Shown here piece after piece: positions 1 through 13,300 of a stretch of DNA of 64,000 nucleotides. Source of the DNA: Eledone cirrhosa. Lineage: Eukaryota. The stretch lies in assembly GCA_964016885.1 (NCBI GenBank), contig OZ024741.1, forward strand, positions 386,074,001 through 386,138,000, written 5' to 3'. The notes under the pieces were generated by a model that was not told the DNA's origin, made no database searches, and saw only the letters and a list, made by a program, of their open reading frames with translations. Position numbers and translations under genes: made by a program. Position 1 is the stretch's first letter. The number at the start of each line of letters is the position of its first letter.

Positions 1-3000
1 TTGTTGTTGTGGTAGTTATAGTTGTTGTTGTAGTAGTTATAGTTGTTGTTGTGGTAGTTATAGTTGTTGTTGTAGTAGTTATAGTTGTTGTTGTGGTAGT
101 TATAGTTGTTGTTGTAGTAGTTATAGTTGTTGTTGTGGTAGTTATAGTTGTTGTTGTGGTAGTTATAGTTGTTGTTGTGGTAGTTATAGTTGTTGTTGTA
201 GTAGTTATAGTTGTTGTTGTGGTAGTTATAGTTGTTGTTGTTGTAGTTATAGTTGTTGTTGTGGTAGTTATAGTTGTTGTTGTGGTAGTTATAGTTGTTG
301 TTGTGGTAGTTATAGTTGTTGTAGTAGTTATAGTTTTTGTTGTGGTAGTTATAGTTGTTGTTGTGGTAGTTATAGTTGTTGTAGTAGTTATAGTTTTTGT
401 TGTGGTAGTTATAGTTGTTGTTGTAGTAGTTATAGTTGTTGTTGTGGTAGTTATAGTTGTTGTTGTAGTAGTTATAGTTGTTGTTGTGGTAGTTATAGTT
501 GTTGTTGTGGTAGTTATAGTTGTTGTTGTGGTAGTTATAGTTGTTGTTGTAGTAGTTATACTTGTTGTAGTAGTTATAGTTGTTGTTGTAGTAGTTATAG
601 TTGTTGTTGTAGTAGTTATAGTTGTTGTAGTAGTTATAGTTGTTGTTGTGGTAGTTATAGTTGTTGTTGTAGTAGTTATAGTTGTTATTGTAGTAGTTAT
701 AGTTGTTGTTGTGGTAGTTATAGTTGTTGTTGTGGTAGTTATAGTTGTTGTTGTGGTAGTTATAGTTGTTGTTGTGGTAGTTATAGTTGTTGTTGTATTA
801 GTTATAGTTGTTGTTGTGGTAGTTATATTTGTTGTTGTAGTAGTTATAGTTGTTGTTGTATTAGCTATAGTTGTTGTTGTGGTAGTTATAGTTGTTGTTG
901 TGGTAGTTATAGTTGTTGTTGTGGTAGTTATAGTTGTTGTTGTAGTAGTTATAGTTGTTGTTGTGGTAGTTATAGTTGTTGTTGTAGTAGTTGTTGTTGT
1001 TGTAGTTATAGTTGTTGTGGTAGTTATAGTTGTTGTTGTGGTAGTTATAGTTGTTGTTGTAGTAGTTATAGTTGTTGTTGTAGTAGTTGTTGTTGTAGTT
1101 ATAGTTGTTGTGGTAGTTATAGTTGTTGTTGTGGTAGTTATAGTTGTTGTTGTGGTAGTTATAGTTGTTGTTGTGGTAGTTATAGTTGTTGTTGTGGTAG
1201 TTATAGTTGTTGTTGTTGTAGTTATAGTTGTTGTTGTGGTAGTTATAGTTGTTGTTGTAGTAGTTATAGTTGTTGTTGTGGTAGTTATAGTTGTTGTTGT
1301 GGTAGTTATAGTTGTTGTTGTCGTAGTTATAGTTGTTGTTGTAGTAGTTATAGTTGTTGTTGTGGTAGTTATAGTTGTTGTTGTAGTAGTTATAGTTGTT
1401 GTTGTAGTAGTTATAGTTGTTGTTGTGGTAGTTATAGTTGTTGTTGTTGTAGTTATAGTTGTTGTTGTGGTAGTTATAGTTGTTGTTGTAGTAGTTATAG
1501 TTGTTGTTGTGGTAGTTATAGTTGTTGTTGTGGTAGTTATAGTTGTTGTTGTGGTAGTTATAGTTGTTGTTGTGGTAGTTATAGTTGTTGTTGTAGTAGT
1601 TATAGTTGTTGTTGTGGTAGTTATAGTTGTTGTTGTTGTAGTTATAGTTGTTGTTGTGGTAGTTATAGTTGTTGTTGTAGTAGTTATAGTTGTTGTTGTA
1701 GTAGTTATAGTTGTTGTTGTGGTTGTTATAGTTGTTGTTGTAGTAGTTATAGTTGTTGTTGTGGTAGTTATAGTTGTTGTTGTTGTAGTTATAGTTGTTG
1801 TTGTTGTAGTTATAGTTGTTGTTGTGGTAGTTATAGTTGTTGTTGTGGTAGTTATAGTTGTTGTTGTAGTAGTTATAGTTGTTGTTGTTGTAGTTATAGT
1901 TGTTGTTGTTGTAGTTATAGTTGTTGTTGTGGTAGTTATAGTTGTTGTTGTGGTAGTTATAGTTGTTGTTGTTGTAGTTATAGTTGTTGTAGTAGTTATA
2001 GTTGTTGTTGTTGTAGTTATAGTTGTTGTTGTAGTAGTTATAGTTGTTGTTGTGGTAGTTATAGTTGTTGTAGTAGTTATAGTTGTTGTTGTTGTAGTTA
2101 TAGTTGTTGTTGTGGTAGTCATAGCTGTTGTTGCAGTAGTTATAGTTGTTGTTGTAGTAGTTATAGTTGTTGTTGTGGTAGTTATAGTTGTTGTTGTAGT
2201 AGTTATAGTTGTTGTTGTAGTAGTTATAGTTGTTGTTGTAGTAGTTATAGTTGTTGTTGTAGTAGTTATAGTTGTTGTTGTGGTAGTTATAGTTGTTGTT
2301 GTGGTAGTTATAGTTGTTGCAGTAGTTATAGTTGTTGTTTAATAGTTATAGTTGTTGTTGTGGTAGTTATATTTGTTGTTTAATAGTTATAGTTGTTGTT
2401 GTAATAGTTATAGTTGTTGTTGTGGTAGTTATAGTTGTTGTTGTGGTAGTTATAGTTGTTGTTTAATAGTTATAGTTGTTTGTGTTGTAGTTATAGTTGT
2501 TGTTGTAGTAGTTATAGTTGTTGTTGTGGTAGTTATAGTTGTTGTTGTAGTAGTTATAGTTTTTGTTGTGGTAGTTATAGTTGTTGTTGTAGTAGTTATA
2601 GTTGTTGTTGTGGTAGTTATAGTTGTTGTTGTAGTAGTTATAGTTGTTGTTGTGGTAGTTATAGTTGTTGTTGTGGTAGTTATAGTTGTTGTTGTGGTAG
2701 TTATAGTTGTTGTTGTAGTAGTTATAGTTGTTGTAGTAGTTATAGTTGTTGTTGTAGTAGTTATAGTTGTTGTTGTAGTAGTTATAGTTGTTCTAGTAGT
2801 TATAGTTGTTGTTGTGGTAGTTATAGTTGTTGTTGTAGTAGTTATAGTTGTTATTGTAGTAGTTATAGTTGTTGTTGTGGTAGTTATAGTTGCTGTTGTG
2901 GTAGTTATAGTTGTTGTTGTGGTAGTTATAGTTGTTGTTGTGGTAGTTATAGTTGTTGTTGTATTAGTTATAGTTGTTGTTGTGGTAGTTATATTTGTTG

Positions 3001-6000
3001 TTGTAGTAGTTATAGTTGTTGTTGTATTAGCTATAGTTGTTGTTGTGGTAGTTATAGTTGTTGTTGTGGTAGTTATAGTTGTTGTTGTGGTAGTTATAGT
3101 TGTTGTTGTGGTAGTTATAGTTGTTGTTGTAGTAGTTGTTGTTGTTGTAGTTATAGTTGTTGTGGTAGTTATAGTTGTTGTTGAGGTAGTTATAGTTGTT
3201 GTTGTAGTAGTTATAGTTGTTGTTGTAGTAGTTGTTGTTGTAGTTATAGTTGTTGTGGTAGTTATAGTTGTTGTTGTGGTAGTTATAGTTGTTGTTGTGG
3301 TTGTTATAGTTGTTGTTGTGGTAGTTATAGTTGTTGTTGTAGTAGTTATAGTTGTTGTTGTAGTAGTTGTTGTTGTTGTAGTTATAGTTGTTGTTGTGGT
3401 AGTTATAGTTGTTGTTGTAGTAGTTATAGTTGTTGTTGTTGTTGTGGTAGTTATAGTTGTTGTTGTGGTAGTTATAGTTGTTGTTGTAGTAGTTATAGTT
3501 GTTGTTGTAGTAGTTGTTGTTGTTGTAGTTATAGTTGTTGTGGTAGTTATAGTTGTTGTTGTGGTAGTTATAGTTGTTGTTGTGGTAGTTATAGTTGTTG
3601 TTGTAGTAGTTATAGTTGTTGTTGTGGTAGTTATAGTTGTTGTTGTAGTTATAGTTGTTGTTGTGGTAGTTATAGTTGTTGTTTTGGTAGTTATAGTTGT
3701 TGTTGTGGTAGTTATAGTTGTTGTGGTAGTTATAGTTGTTGTTGTATTAGTTATAGTTGTTGTTGTGGTAGTTATAGTTGTTGTTGTGGTAGTTATAGTT
3801 GTTGTTGTAGTAGTTATAGTTGTTGTTGTAGTAGTTATAGTTGTTGTTGTAGTAGTTATAGTTGTTGTTGTAATAGTTATAGTTGTTGTTGTGGTAGTTA
3901 TAGTTGTTGTTGTAGTAGTTATAGTTGTTGTTGTGGTAGTTATAGTTGTTGTTGTTGTAGTTATAGTTGTTGTTGTGGTAGTTATAGTTGTTGTTGTAGT
4001 AGTTATAGTTGTTGTTGTTGTAGTTATAGTTGTTGTTGTAGTAGTTATAGTTGTTGTTGTGGTAGTTATAGTTGTTGTTGTGGTAGTTATAGTTGTTGTT
4101 GTGGTAGTTATAGTTGTTGTTGTAGTAGTTATAGTTGTTGTTGTGGTAGTTATAGTTGTTGTTGTAGTAGTTATAGTTGTTGTTGTAGTAGTTATAGTTG
4201 TTGTTGTGGTAGTTATAGTTGTTGTTGTTGTAGTTATAGTTGTTGTTGTGGTAGTTATAGTTGTTGTTGTAGTAGTTATAGTTGTTGTTGTGGTAGTTAT
4301 AGTTGTTGTTGTGGTAGTTATAGTTGTTGTTGTGGTAGTTATAGTTGTTGTTGTGGTAGTTATAGTTGTTGTTGTAGTAGTTATAGTTGTTGTTGTGGTA
4401 GTTATAGTTGTTGTTGTTGTAGTTATAGTTGTTGTTGTGGTAGTTATAGTTGTTGTTGTAGTAGTTATAGTTGTTGTTGTAGTAGTTATAGTTGTTGTTG
4501 TGGTAGTTATAGTTGTTGTTGTAGTAGTTATAGTTGTTGTTGTGGTAGTTATAGTTGTTGTTGTGGTAGTTATAGTTGTTGTTTAATAGTTATAGTTGTT
4601 TGTGTTGTAGTTATAGTTGTTGTTGTAGTAGTTATAGTTGTTGTTGTGGTAGTTATAGTTGTTGTTGTAGTAGTTATAGTTTTTGTTGTGGTAGTTATAG
4701 TTGTTGTTGTAGTAGTTATAGTTGTTGTTGTGGTAGTTATAGTTGTTGTTGTAGTAGTTATAGTTGTTGTTGTGGTAGTTATAGTTGTTGTTGTGGTAGT
4801 TATAGCTGTTGTTGTAGTAGTTATAGTTGTTGTTGTGGTAGTTATAGTTGTTGTTGTAGTAGTTATAGTTGTTGTTGTGGTAGTTATAGTTGTTGTTGTG
4901 GTAGTTATAGTTGTTGTTTAATAGTTATAGTTGTTTGTGTTGTAGTTATAGTTGTTGTTGTAGTAGTTATAGTTGTTGTTGTGGTAGTTATAGTTGTTGT
5001 TGTAGTAGTTATAGTTTTTGTTGTGGTAGTTATAGTTGTTGTTGTAGTAGTTATAGTTGTTGTTGTGGTAGTTATAGTTGTTGTTGTAGTAGTTATAGTT
5101 GTTGTTGTGGTAGTTATAGTTGTTGTTGTGGTAGTTATAGTTGTTGTTGTGGTAGTTATAGTTGTTGTTGTAGTAGTTATAGTTGTTGTAGTAGTTATAG
5201 TTGTTGTTGTAGTAGTTATAGTTGTTGTTGTAGTAGTTATAGTTGTTGTAGTAGTTATAGTTGTTGTTGTGGTAGTTATAGTTGTTGTTGTAGTAGTTAT
5301 AGTTGTTATTGTAGTAGTTATAGTTGTTGTTGTGGTAGTTATAGTTGCTGTTGTGGTAGTTATAGTTGTTGTTGTGGTAGTTATAGTTGTTGTTGTGGTA
5401 GTTATAGTTGTTGTTGTATTAGTTATAGTTGTTGTTGTGGTAGTTATATTTGTTGTTGTAGTAGTTATAGTTGTTGTTGTATTAGCTATAGTTGTTGTTG
5501 TGGTAGTTATAGTTGTTGTTGTGGTAGTTATAGTTGTTGTTGTGGTAGTTATAGTTGTTGTTGTGGTAGTTATAGTTGTTGTTGTAGTAGTTGTTGTTGT
5601 TGTAGTTATAGTTGTTGTGGTAGTTATAGTTGTTGTTGTGGTACTTATAGTTGTTGTTGTAGTAGTTATAGTTGTTGTTGTAGTAGTTGTTGTTGTAGTT
5701 ATAGTTGTTGTGGTAGTTATAGTTGTTGTTGTGGTAGTTATAGTTGTTGTTGTGGTTGTTATAGTTGTTGTTGTGGTAGTTATAGTTGTTGTTGTAGTAG
5801 TTATAGTTGTTGTTGTAGTAGTTGTTGTTGTTGTAGTTATAGTTGTTGTTGTGGTAGTTATAGTTGTTGTTGTAGTAGTTATAGTTGTTGTTGTTGTTGT
5901 GGTAGTTATAGTTGTTGTTGTGGTAGTTATAGTTGTTGTTGTAGTAGTTATAGTTGTTGTTGTAGTAGTTGTTGTTGTTGTAGTTATAGTTGTTGTGGTA

Positions 6001-7308
6001 GTTATAGTTGTTGTTGTGGTAGTTATAGTTGTTGTTGTGGTAGTTATAGTTGTTGTTGTAGTAGTTATAGTTGTTGTTGTGGTAGTTATAGTTGTTGTTG
6101 TAGTTATAGTTGTTGTTGTGGTAGTTATAGTTGTTGTTTTGGTAGTTATAGTTGTTGTTGTGGTAGTTATAGTTGTTGTGGTAGTTATAGTTGTTGTTGT
6201 ATTAGTTATAGTTGTTGTTGTGGTAGTTATAGTTGTTGTTGTGGTAGTTATAGTTGTTGTTGTAGTAGTTATAGTTGTTGTTGTAGTAGTTATAGTTGTT
6301 GTTGTAGTAGTTATAGTTGTTGTTGTAATAGTTATAGTTGTTGTTGTGGTAGTTATAGTTGTTGTTGTAGTAGTTATAGTTGTTGTTGTGGTAGTTATAG
6401 TTGTTGTTGTTGTAGTTATAGTTGTTGTTGTGGTAGTTATAGTTGTTGTTGTAGTAGTTATAGTTGTTGTTGTTGTAGTTATAGTTGTTGTTGTAGTAGT
6501 TATAGTTGTTGTTGTGGTAGTTATAGTTGTTGTGGTAGTTATAGTTGTTGTTGTGGTAGTTATAGTTGTTGTTGTAGTAGTTATAGTTGTTGTTGTGGTA
6601 GTTATAGTTGTTGTTGTAGTAGTTATAGTTGTTGTTGTAGTAGTTATAGTTGTTGTTGTGGTTGTTATAGTTGTTGTTGTAGTAGTTATAGTTGTTGTTG
6701 TGGTAGTTATAGTTGTTGTTGTTGTAGTTATAGTTGTTGTTGTTGTAGTTATAGTTGTTGTTGTGGTAGTTATAGTTGTTGTTGTGGTAGTTATAGTTGT
6801 TGTTGTAGTAGTTATAGTTGTTGTTGTTGTAGTTATAGTTGTTGTTGTGGTAGTTATAGTTGTTGTTGTAGTAGTTATAGTTGTTGTTGTTGTAGTTATA
6901 GTTGTTGTTGTGGTAGTTATAGTTGTTGTTGTGGTTGTTATAGTTGTTGTTGTTGTAGTTATAGTTGTTGTAGTAGTTATAGTTGTTGTTGTTGTAGTTA
7001 TAGTTGTTGTTGTAGTAGTTATAGTTGTTGTTGTGGTAGTTATAGTTGTTGTAGTAGTTATAGTTGTTGTTGTTGTAGTTATAGTTGTTGTTGTGGTAGT
7101 CATAGTTGTTGTTGCAGTAGTTATAGTTGTTGTTGTAGTAGTTATAGTTGTTGTTGTGGTAGTTATAGTTGTTGTTGTAGTAGTTATAGTTGTTGTTGTA
7201 GTAGTTATAGTTGTTGTTGTAGTAGTTATAGTTGTTGTTGTAGTAGTTATAGTTGTTGTTGTGGTAGTTATAGTTGTTGTTGTGGTAGTTATAGTTGTTG
7301 CAGTAGTT
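1..7308. repeat. Satellite domain A: three related ~2.2-2.5 kb higher-order blocks
   Basis: The private variant TTAGCTATAG occurs at 861, 3027 and 5482 (offsets 2166, 2455). GTTTTGGTA occurs at 3681 and 6136 (offset 2455). Monomers lacking the ATA triplet (GTAGTAGTTGTTGTTGTTGTAGTT) are concentrated here. Confidence 0.85.
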
Positions 7309-10300
7309 ATAGTTGTTGTTTAATAGTTATAGTTGTTGTTGTGGTAGTTATAGTTGTTGTTTAATAGTGATAGTTGTTGTTGTAATAGTTATAGTTGTTG
7401 TAGTAGTTATAGTTGTTGTAGTAGTTATAGTTGTTGTAATAGTTATAGTTGTTGTTGTGTTAGTTATAGTTGTTGTTTAATAGTTATAGTTGTTGTTGTA
7501 ATAGTTATAGTTGTTGTTGTAGTATATATAGTTGTTGTTGTAGTAGTTATAGTTGTTGTTGTAGTAGTTATAGTTGTTGTTGTAGTAGTTATAGCTGTTG
7601 TTGTAGTAGTTATAGTTGTTGTTGTGGTAGTTATAGTTGTTGTTGTAGTAGTTATAGTTGTTGTTGTGGTAGTTATAGTTGTTGTTGTGGTAGTTATAGT
7701 TGTTGTTTAATAGTTATAGTTGTTTGTGTTGTAGTTATAGTTGTTGTTGTAGTAGTTATAGTTGTTGTTGTGGTAGTTATAGTTGTTGTTGTAGTAGTTA
7801 TAGTTTTTGTTGTGGTAGTTATAGTTGTTGTTGTAGTAGTTATAGTTGTTGTTGTGGTAGTTATAGTTGTTGTTGTAGTAGTTATAGTTGTTGTTGTGGT
7901 AGTTATAGTTGTTGTTGTGGTAGTTATAGTTGTTGCAGTAGTTATAGTTGTTGTTGTAGTTATAGTAGTTGTTGTGGTAGTTATAGTTGTTGTTGCAGTG
8001 GTTATAGTTGTTGTTGTGGTAGTTATAGTTGTTGTTGTAGTAGTTATAGTTGTTGTTGTGGTAGTTATAGTTGTTGTTGTGGTAGTTATAGTTGTTGTTG
8101 TAGTAGTTATAGTTGTTGCAGTAGTTATAGTTGTTGTTGTGGTAGTTATAGTTGTTGTTGTGGTAGTTATAGTTGTTGTTGTGGTTATTATAGTTGTTAT
8201 TGTGGTTATTATAGTTGTTGTTGTGGTAGTTATAGTTGTTGCAGTAGTTATAGGTGTTGTTGTAGTAGTTATAGTTGTTGTTGTGGTAGTTGTAGTTGTT
8301 GTTGTGGTAGTTATAGTTGTTGTTGTAGTAGTTATAGTTGTTGCTGTGGTAGTTATAGTTGTTGTTGTGGTAGTTTTAGTTGTTGTTGTGGTAGTTATAG
8401 TTGTTGTTGTAGTAGTTATAGTTGTTGTTGTGGTAGATATAGTTGTTGTTGTGATAGTTATAGTTGTTGTTGTGGTAGTTATAGTTGTTGTTGCAGTAGT
8501 TATAGTTGTTGTTGTAGTTATAATTGTTGTTGTGGTAGTTATAGTTGTTGTTGTGGTAGTTATAGTTGTTGTGGTAGTTATAGTTGTTGTTGTGGCAGTT
8601 ATAGTTGTTGTAGTAGTAGTTATAGTTGTTGTTGTGGTAGTTATAGTTGTTGTTGTGGTAGTTATAGTTGTTGTTGTAGTAGTTATAGTTGTTGCAGTAG
8701 TTATAGTTGTTGTTGTGGTAGTTATAGTTGTTGTTGTGGTAGTTATAGTTGTTGTTGTGGTTATTATAGTTGTTGTTGTGGTAGTTATAGTTGTTGCAGT
8801 AGTTATAGTTGTTGTTGTGGTAGTTATAGTTGTTGTTGTGGTAGTTATAGTTGTTGTTGTGGTAGTTATAGTTGTTGTTGTAGTAGTTATAGTTGTTGTT
8901 GTGGTAGTTATAGTTGTTGTTGTAATAGTTATAGTTGTTGTTGTGGTAGTTATAGTTGTTGTTGTGGTAGTTATAGTTGTTGTTGTGGTAGTTATAGTTG
9001 TTGTTGTAGTAGTTATAGTTGTTGTTGTAGTAGTTATAGTTGTTGTTGTGGTAGTTATAGTTGTTGTTGCGGTAGTTATAGTTGTTGTTGTGGTAGTTAT
9101 AGTTGTTGTTGTAGTAGTTATAGTTGTTGTTGTAGTAGTTATAGTTGTTGTTGTGGTAGTTATAGTTGTTGCTGTAGTAGTTATAGTTGTTGTTGTGGTA
9201 GTTATAGTTGTTGTTGTAGTAGTTATAGTTGTTGTTGTGGTAGTTATACTTGTTGTTGTAGTAGTTATAGTTGTTGTTGTGGTAGTTATAGTTGTTGTTG
9301 TGGTAGTTATAGTTGTTGTTGTAGTAGTTATAGTTGTTGTTGTGGTAGTTAGAGTTGTTGTTGCAGTAGTTATAGTTGTTGTTGTAGTAGTTATAGTTGT
9401 AGTTGTAGTAGTTATAATTGTTGTTGTGGTAGTTATAGTTGTTGTTGTAGTAGTAATAGTTGTTGTTGTGGTAGTTATAGTTGTTGTTGTTGTAGTTATA
9501 GTTGTTGTTGTGGTAGTTATAGTTGTTGTTGTAGTAGTTATAGTTGTTGTTGTAGTAGTTATAGTTGTTGTTGTAGTAGTTATAGTTGTTGTGATAGTTA
9601 TAGTTGTTGTTGTAGTAGTTATAGTTGTTGTTGTGGTAGTTATAGTTGTTGTTGTAGTAGTTATAGTTGTTGTTGTGGTAGTTATAGTTGTTGTGGTAGT
9701 TATAGTTGTTGTTGTGGTAGTTATAGTTGTTGTTGTAGTAGTTATAGTTGTTGTTGTGGTAGTTATAGTTGTTGTTGTAGTAGTTATAGTTGTTGTTGTT
9801 GTAGTTATAGTTGTTGTTGTGGTAGTCATAGTTGTTGTTGCAGTAGTTATAGTTGTTGTTGTAGTAGTTATAGTTGTTGTTGTGGTAGTTATAGTTGTTG
9901 TTGTAGTAGTTATAGTTGTTGTTGTGGTAGTTATAGTTGTTGTTGTTGTAGTCATAGTTGTTGTTGTTGTAGTTATAGTTGTTGTTGTGGTAGTTATAGT
10001 TGTTGTTGTGGTAGTTATAGTTGTTGTTGTAGTAGTTATAGTTGTTGTTGTTGTAGTTATAGTTGTTGTTGTGGTAGTTATAGTTGTTGTTGTAGTAGTT
10101 ATAGTTGTTGTTGTTGTAGTTATAGTTGTTGTTGTGGTAGTTATAGTTGTTGTTGTGGTAGTTATAGTTGTTGTTGTTGTAGTTATAGTTGTTGTAGTAG
10201 TTATAGTTGTTGTTGTTGTAGTTATAGTTGTTGTTGTAGTAGTTATAGTTGTTGTTGTGGTAGTTATAGTTGTTGTAGTAGTTATAGTTGTTGTTGTTGT

Positions 10301-13300
10301 AGTTATAGTTGTTGTTGTGGTAGTCATAGTTGTTGTTGCAGTAGTTATAGTTGTTGTTGTAGTAGTTATAGTTGTTGTTGTGGTAGTTATAGTTGTTGTT
10401 GTAGTAGTTATAGTTGTTGTTGTAGTAGTTATAGTTGTTGTTGTAGTAGTTATAGTTGTTGTTGTAGTAGTTATAGTTGTTGTTGTTGTGGTAGTTATAG
10501 TTGTTGTTGTGGTAGTTATAGTTGTTGCAGTAGTTATAGTTGTTGTTTAATAGTTATAGTTGTTGTTGTGGTAGTTATAGTTGTTGTTTAATAGTTATAG
10601 TTGTTGTTGTAATAGTTATAGTTGTTGTAGTAGTTATAGTTGTTGTAGTAGTTATAGTTGTTGTTGTAATAGTTATAGTTGTTGTTGTGTTAGTTATAGT
10701 TGTTGTTTAATAGTTATAGTTGTTGTTGTAATAGTTATAGTTGTTGTTGTAGTATATATAGTTGTTGTTGTAGTAGTTATAGTTGTTGTTGTAGTAGTTA
10801 TAGTTGTTGTTGTAGTAGTTATAGCTGTTGTTGTAGTAGTTATAGTTGTTGTTGTGGTAGTTATAGTTGTTGTAGTAGTTATAGTTGTTGTTGTGGTAGT
10901 TATAGTTGTTGTTGTGGTAGTTATAGTTGTTGTTTAATAGTTATAGTTGTTTGTGTTGTAGTTATAGTTGTTGTTGTAGTAGTTATAGTTGTTGTTGTGG
11001 TAGTTATAGTTGTTGTTGTAGTAGTTATAGTTTTTGTTGTGGTAGTTATAGTTGATGTTGTAGTAGTTATAGTTGTTGTTGTGGTAGTTATAGTTGTTGT
11101 TGTAGTAGTTATAGTTGTTGTTGTGGTAGTTATAGTTGTTGTTGTGGTAGTTATTGTTGTTGCAGTAGTTATAGTTGTTGTTGTAGTTATAGTAGTTGTT
11201 GTGGTAGTTATAGTTGTTGTTGCAGTAGTTATAGTTGTTGTTGTGGTAGTTATAGTTATTGTTGTAGTAGTTATAGTTGTTGTTGTGGTAGTTATAGTTG
11301 TTGTTGTGGTAGTTATAGTTGTTGTTGTAGTAGTTATAGTTGTTGCAGTAGTTATAGTTGTTGTTGTGGTAGTTATAGTTGTTGTTGTGGTAGTTATAGT
11401 TGTTGTTGTGGTAGTTATAGTTGTTATTGTGGTTATTATAGTTGTTGTTGTGGTAGTTATAGTTGTTGCAGTAGTTATAGGTGTTGTTGTAGTAGTTATA
11501 GTTGTTGTTGTGGTAGTTGTAGTTGTTGTTGTGGTAGTTATAGTTGTTGTTGTAGTAGTTATAGTTGTTGTTGTGGTAGTTATAGTTGTTGTTGTGGTAG
11601 TTTTAGTTGTTGTTGTGGTAGTTATAGTTGTTGTTGTAGTAGTTATATTTGTTGTTGTGGTAGTTATAGTTGTTGTTGTGATAGTTATAGTTGTTGTTGT
11701 GGTAGTTATAGTTGTTGTTGCAGTAGTTATAGTTGTTGTTGTAGTTATAATTGTTGTTGTGGTAGTTATAGTTGTTGTTGTGGTAGTTATAGTTGTTGTG
11801 GTAGTTATAGTTGTTGTTGTGGCAGTTATAGTTGTTGTTGTAGTAGTTATAGTTGTTGTTGTGGTAGTTATAGTTGTTGTTGTGGTAGTTATAGTTGTTG
11901 TTGTGGTAGTTATAGTTGTTGTTGTGGTTATTATAGTTGTTGTTGTGGTAGTTATAGTTGTTGCAGTAGTTATAGTTGTTGTTGTGGTAGTTATAGTTGT
12001 TGTTGTGGTAGTTATAGTTGTTGTAGTAGTTATAGTTGTTGTTGTTGTAGTTATAGTTGTTGTTGTGGTAGTCATAGTTGTTGTTGCAGTAGTTATAGTT
12101 GTTGTTGTAGTAGTTATAGTTGTTGTTGTGGTAGTTATAGTTGTTGTTGTAGTAGTTATAGTTGTTGTTGTAGTAGTTATAGTTGTTGTTGTGGTAGTTA
12201 TAGTTGTTGTTGTGGTAGTTATAGTTGTTGCAGTAGTTATAGTTGTTGTTTAATAGTTATAGTTGTTGTTGTGGTAGTTATAGTTGTTGTTTAATAGTTA
12301 TAGTTGTTGTTGTAATAGTTATAGTTGTTGTAGTAGTTATAGTTGTTGTAGTAGTTATAGTTGTTGTTGTAATAGTTATAGTTGTTGTTGTGTTAGTTAT
12401 AGTTGTTGTTTAATAGTTATAGTTGTTGTTGTAATAGTTATAGTTGTTGTTGTAGTATATATAGTTGTTGTTGTAGTAGTTATAGTTGTTGTTGTAGTAG
12501 TTATAGTTGTTGTTGTAGTAGTTATAGCTGTTGTTGTAGTAGTTATAGTTGTTGTTGTGGTAGTTATAGTTGTTGTTGTAGTAGTTATAGTTGTTGTTGT
12601 GGTAGTTATAGTTGTTGTTGTGGTAGTTATAGTTGTTGTTTAATAGTTATAGTTGTTTGTGTTGTAGTTATAGTTGTTGTTGTAGTAGTTATAGTTGTTG
12701 TTGTGGTAGTTATAGTTGTTGTTGTAGTAGTTATAGTTTTTGTTGTGGTAGTTATAGTTGTTGTTGTAGTAGTTATAGTTGTTGTTGTGGTAGTTATAGT
12801 TGTTGTTGTAGTAGTTATAGTTGTTGTTGTGGTAGTTATAGTTGTTGTTGTGGTAGTTATATTTGTTGCAGTAGTTATAGTTGTTGTTGTAGTTATAGTA
12901 GTTGTTGTGGTAGTTATAGTTGTTGTTGCAGTAGTTATAGTTGTTGTTGTGGTAGTTATAGTTGTTGTTGTGGTAGTTATAGTTGTTGTTGTAGTAGTTA
13001 TAGTTGTTGCAGTAGTTATAGTTGTTGTTGTGGTAGTTATAGTTGTTGTTGTGGTAGTTATAGTTGTTGTTGTGGTAGTTATAGTTGTTATTGTGGTTAT
13101 TATAGTTGTTGTTGTGGTAGTTATAGTTGTTGCAGTAGTTATAGGTGTTGTTGTAGTAGTTATAGTTGTTGTTGTGGTAGTTGTAGTTGTTGTTGTGGTA
13201 GTTATAGTTGTTGTTGTAGTAGTTATAGTTGTTGTTGTGGTAGTTATAGTTGTTGTTGTGGTAGTTTTAGTTGTTGTTGTGGTAGTTATAGTTGTTGTTG

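Noticed and set aside
7521-7530. TATATA, TATA and TATAAT motifs as promoters
   Set aside because: TATA is part of every monomer, and TATAAT/TATATA are point variants. There is no downstream gene or other promoter element to support a regulatory call.
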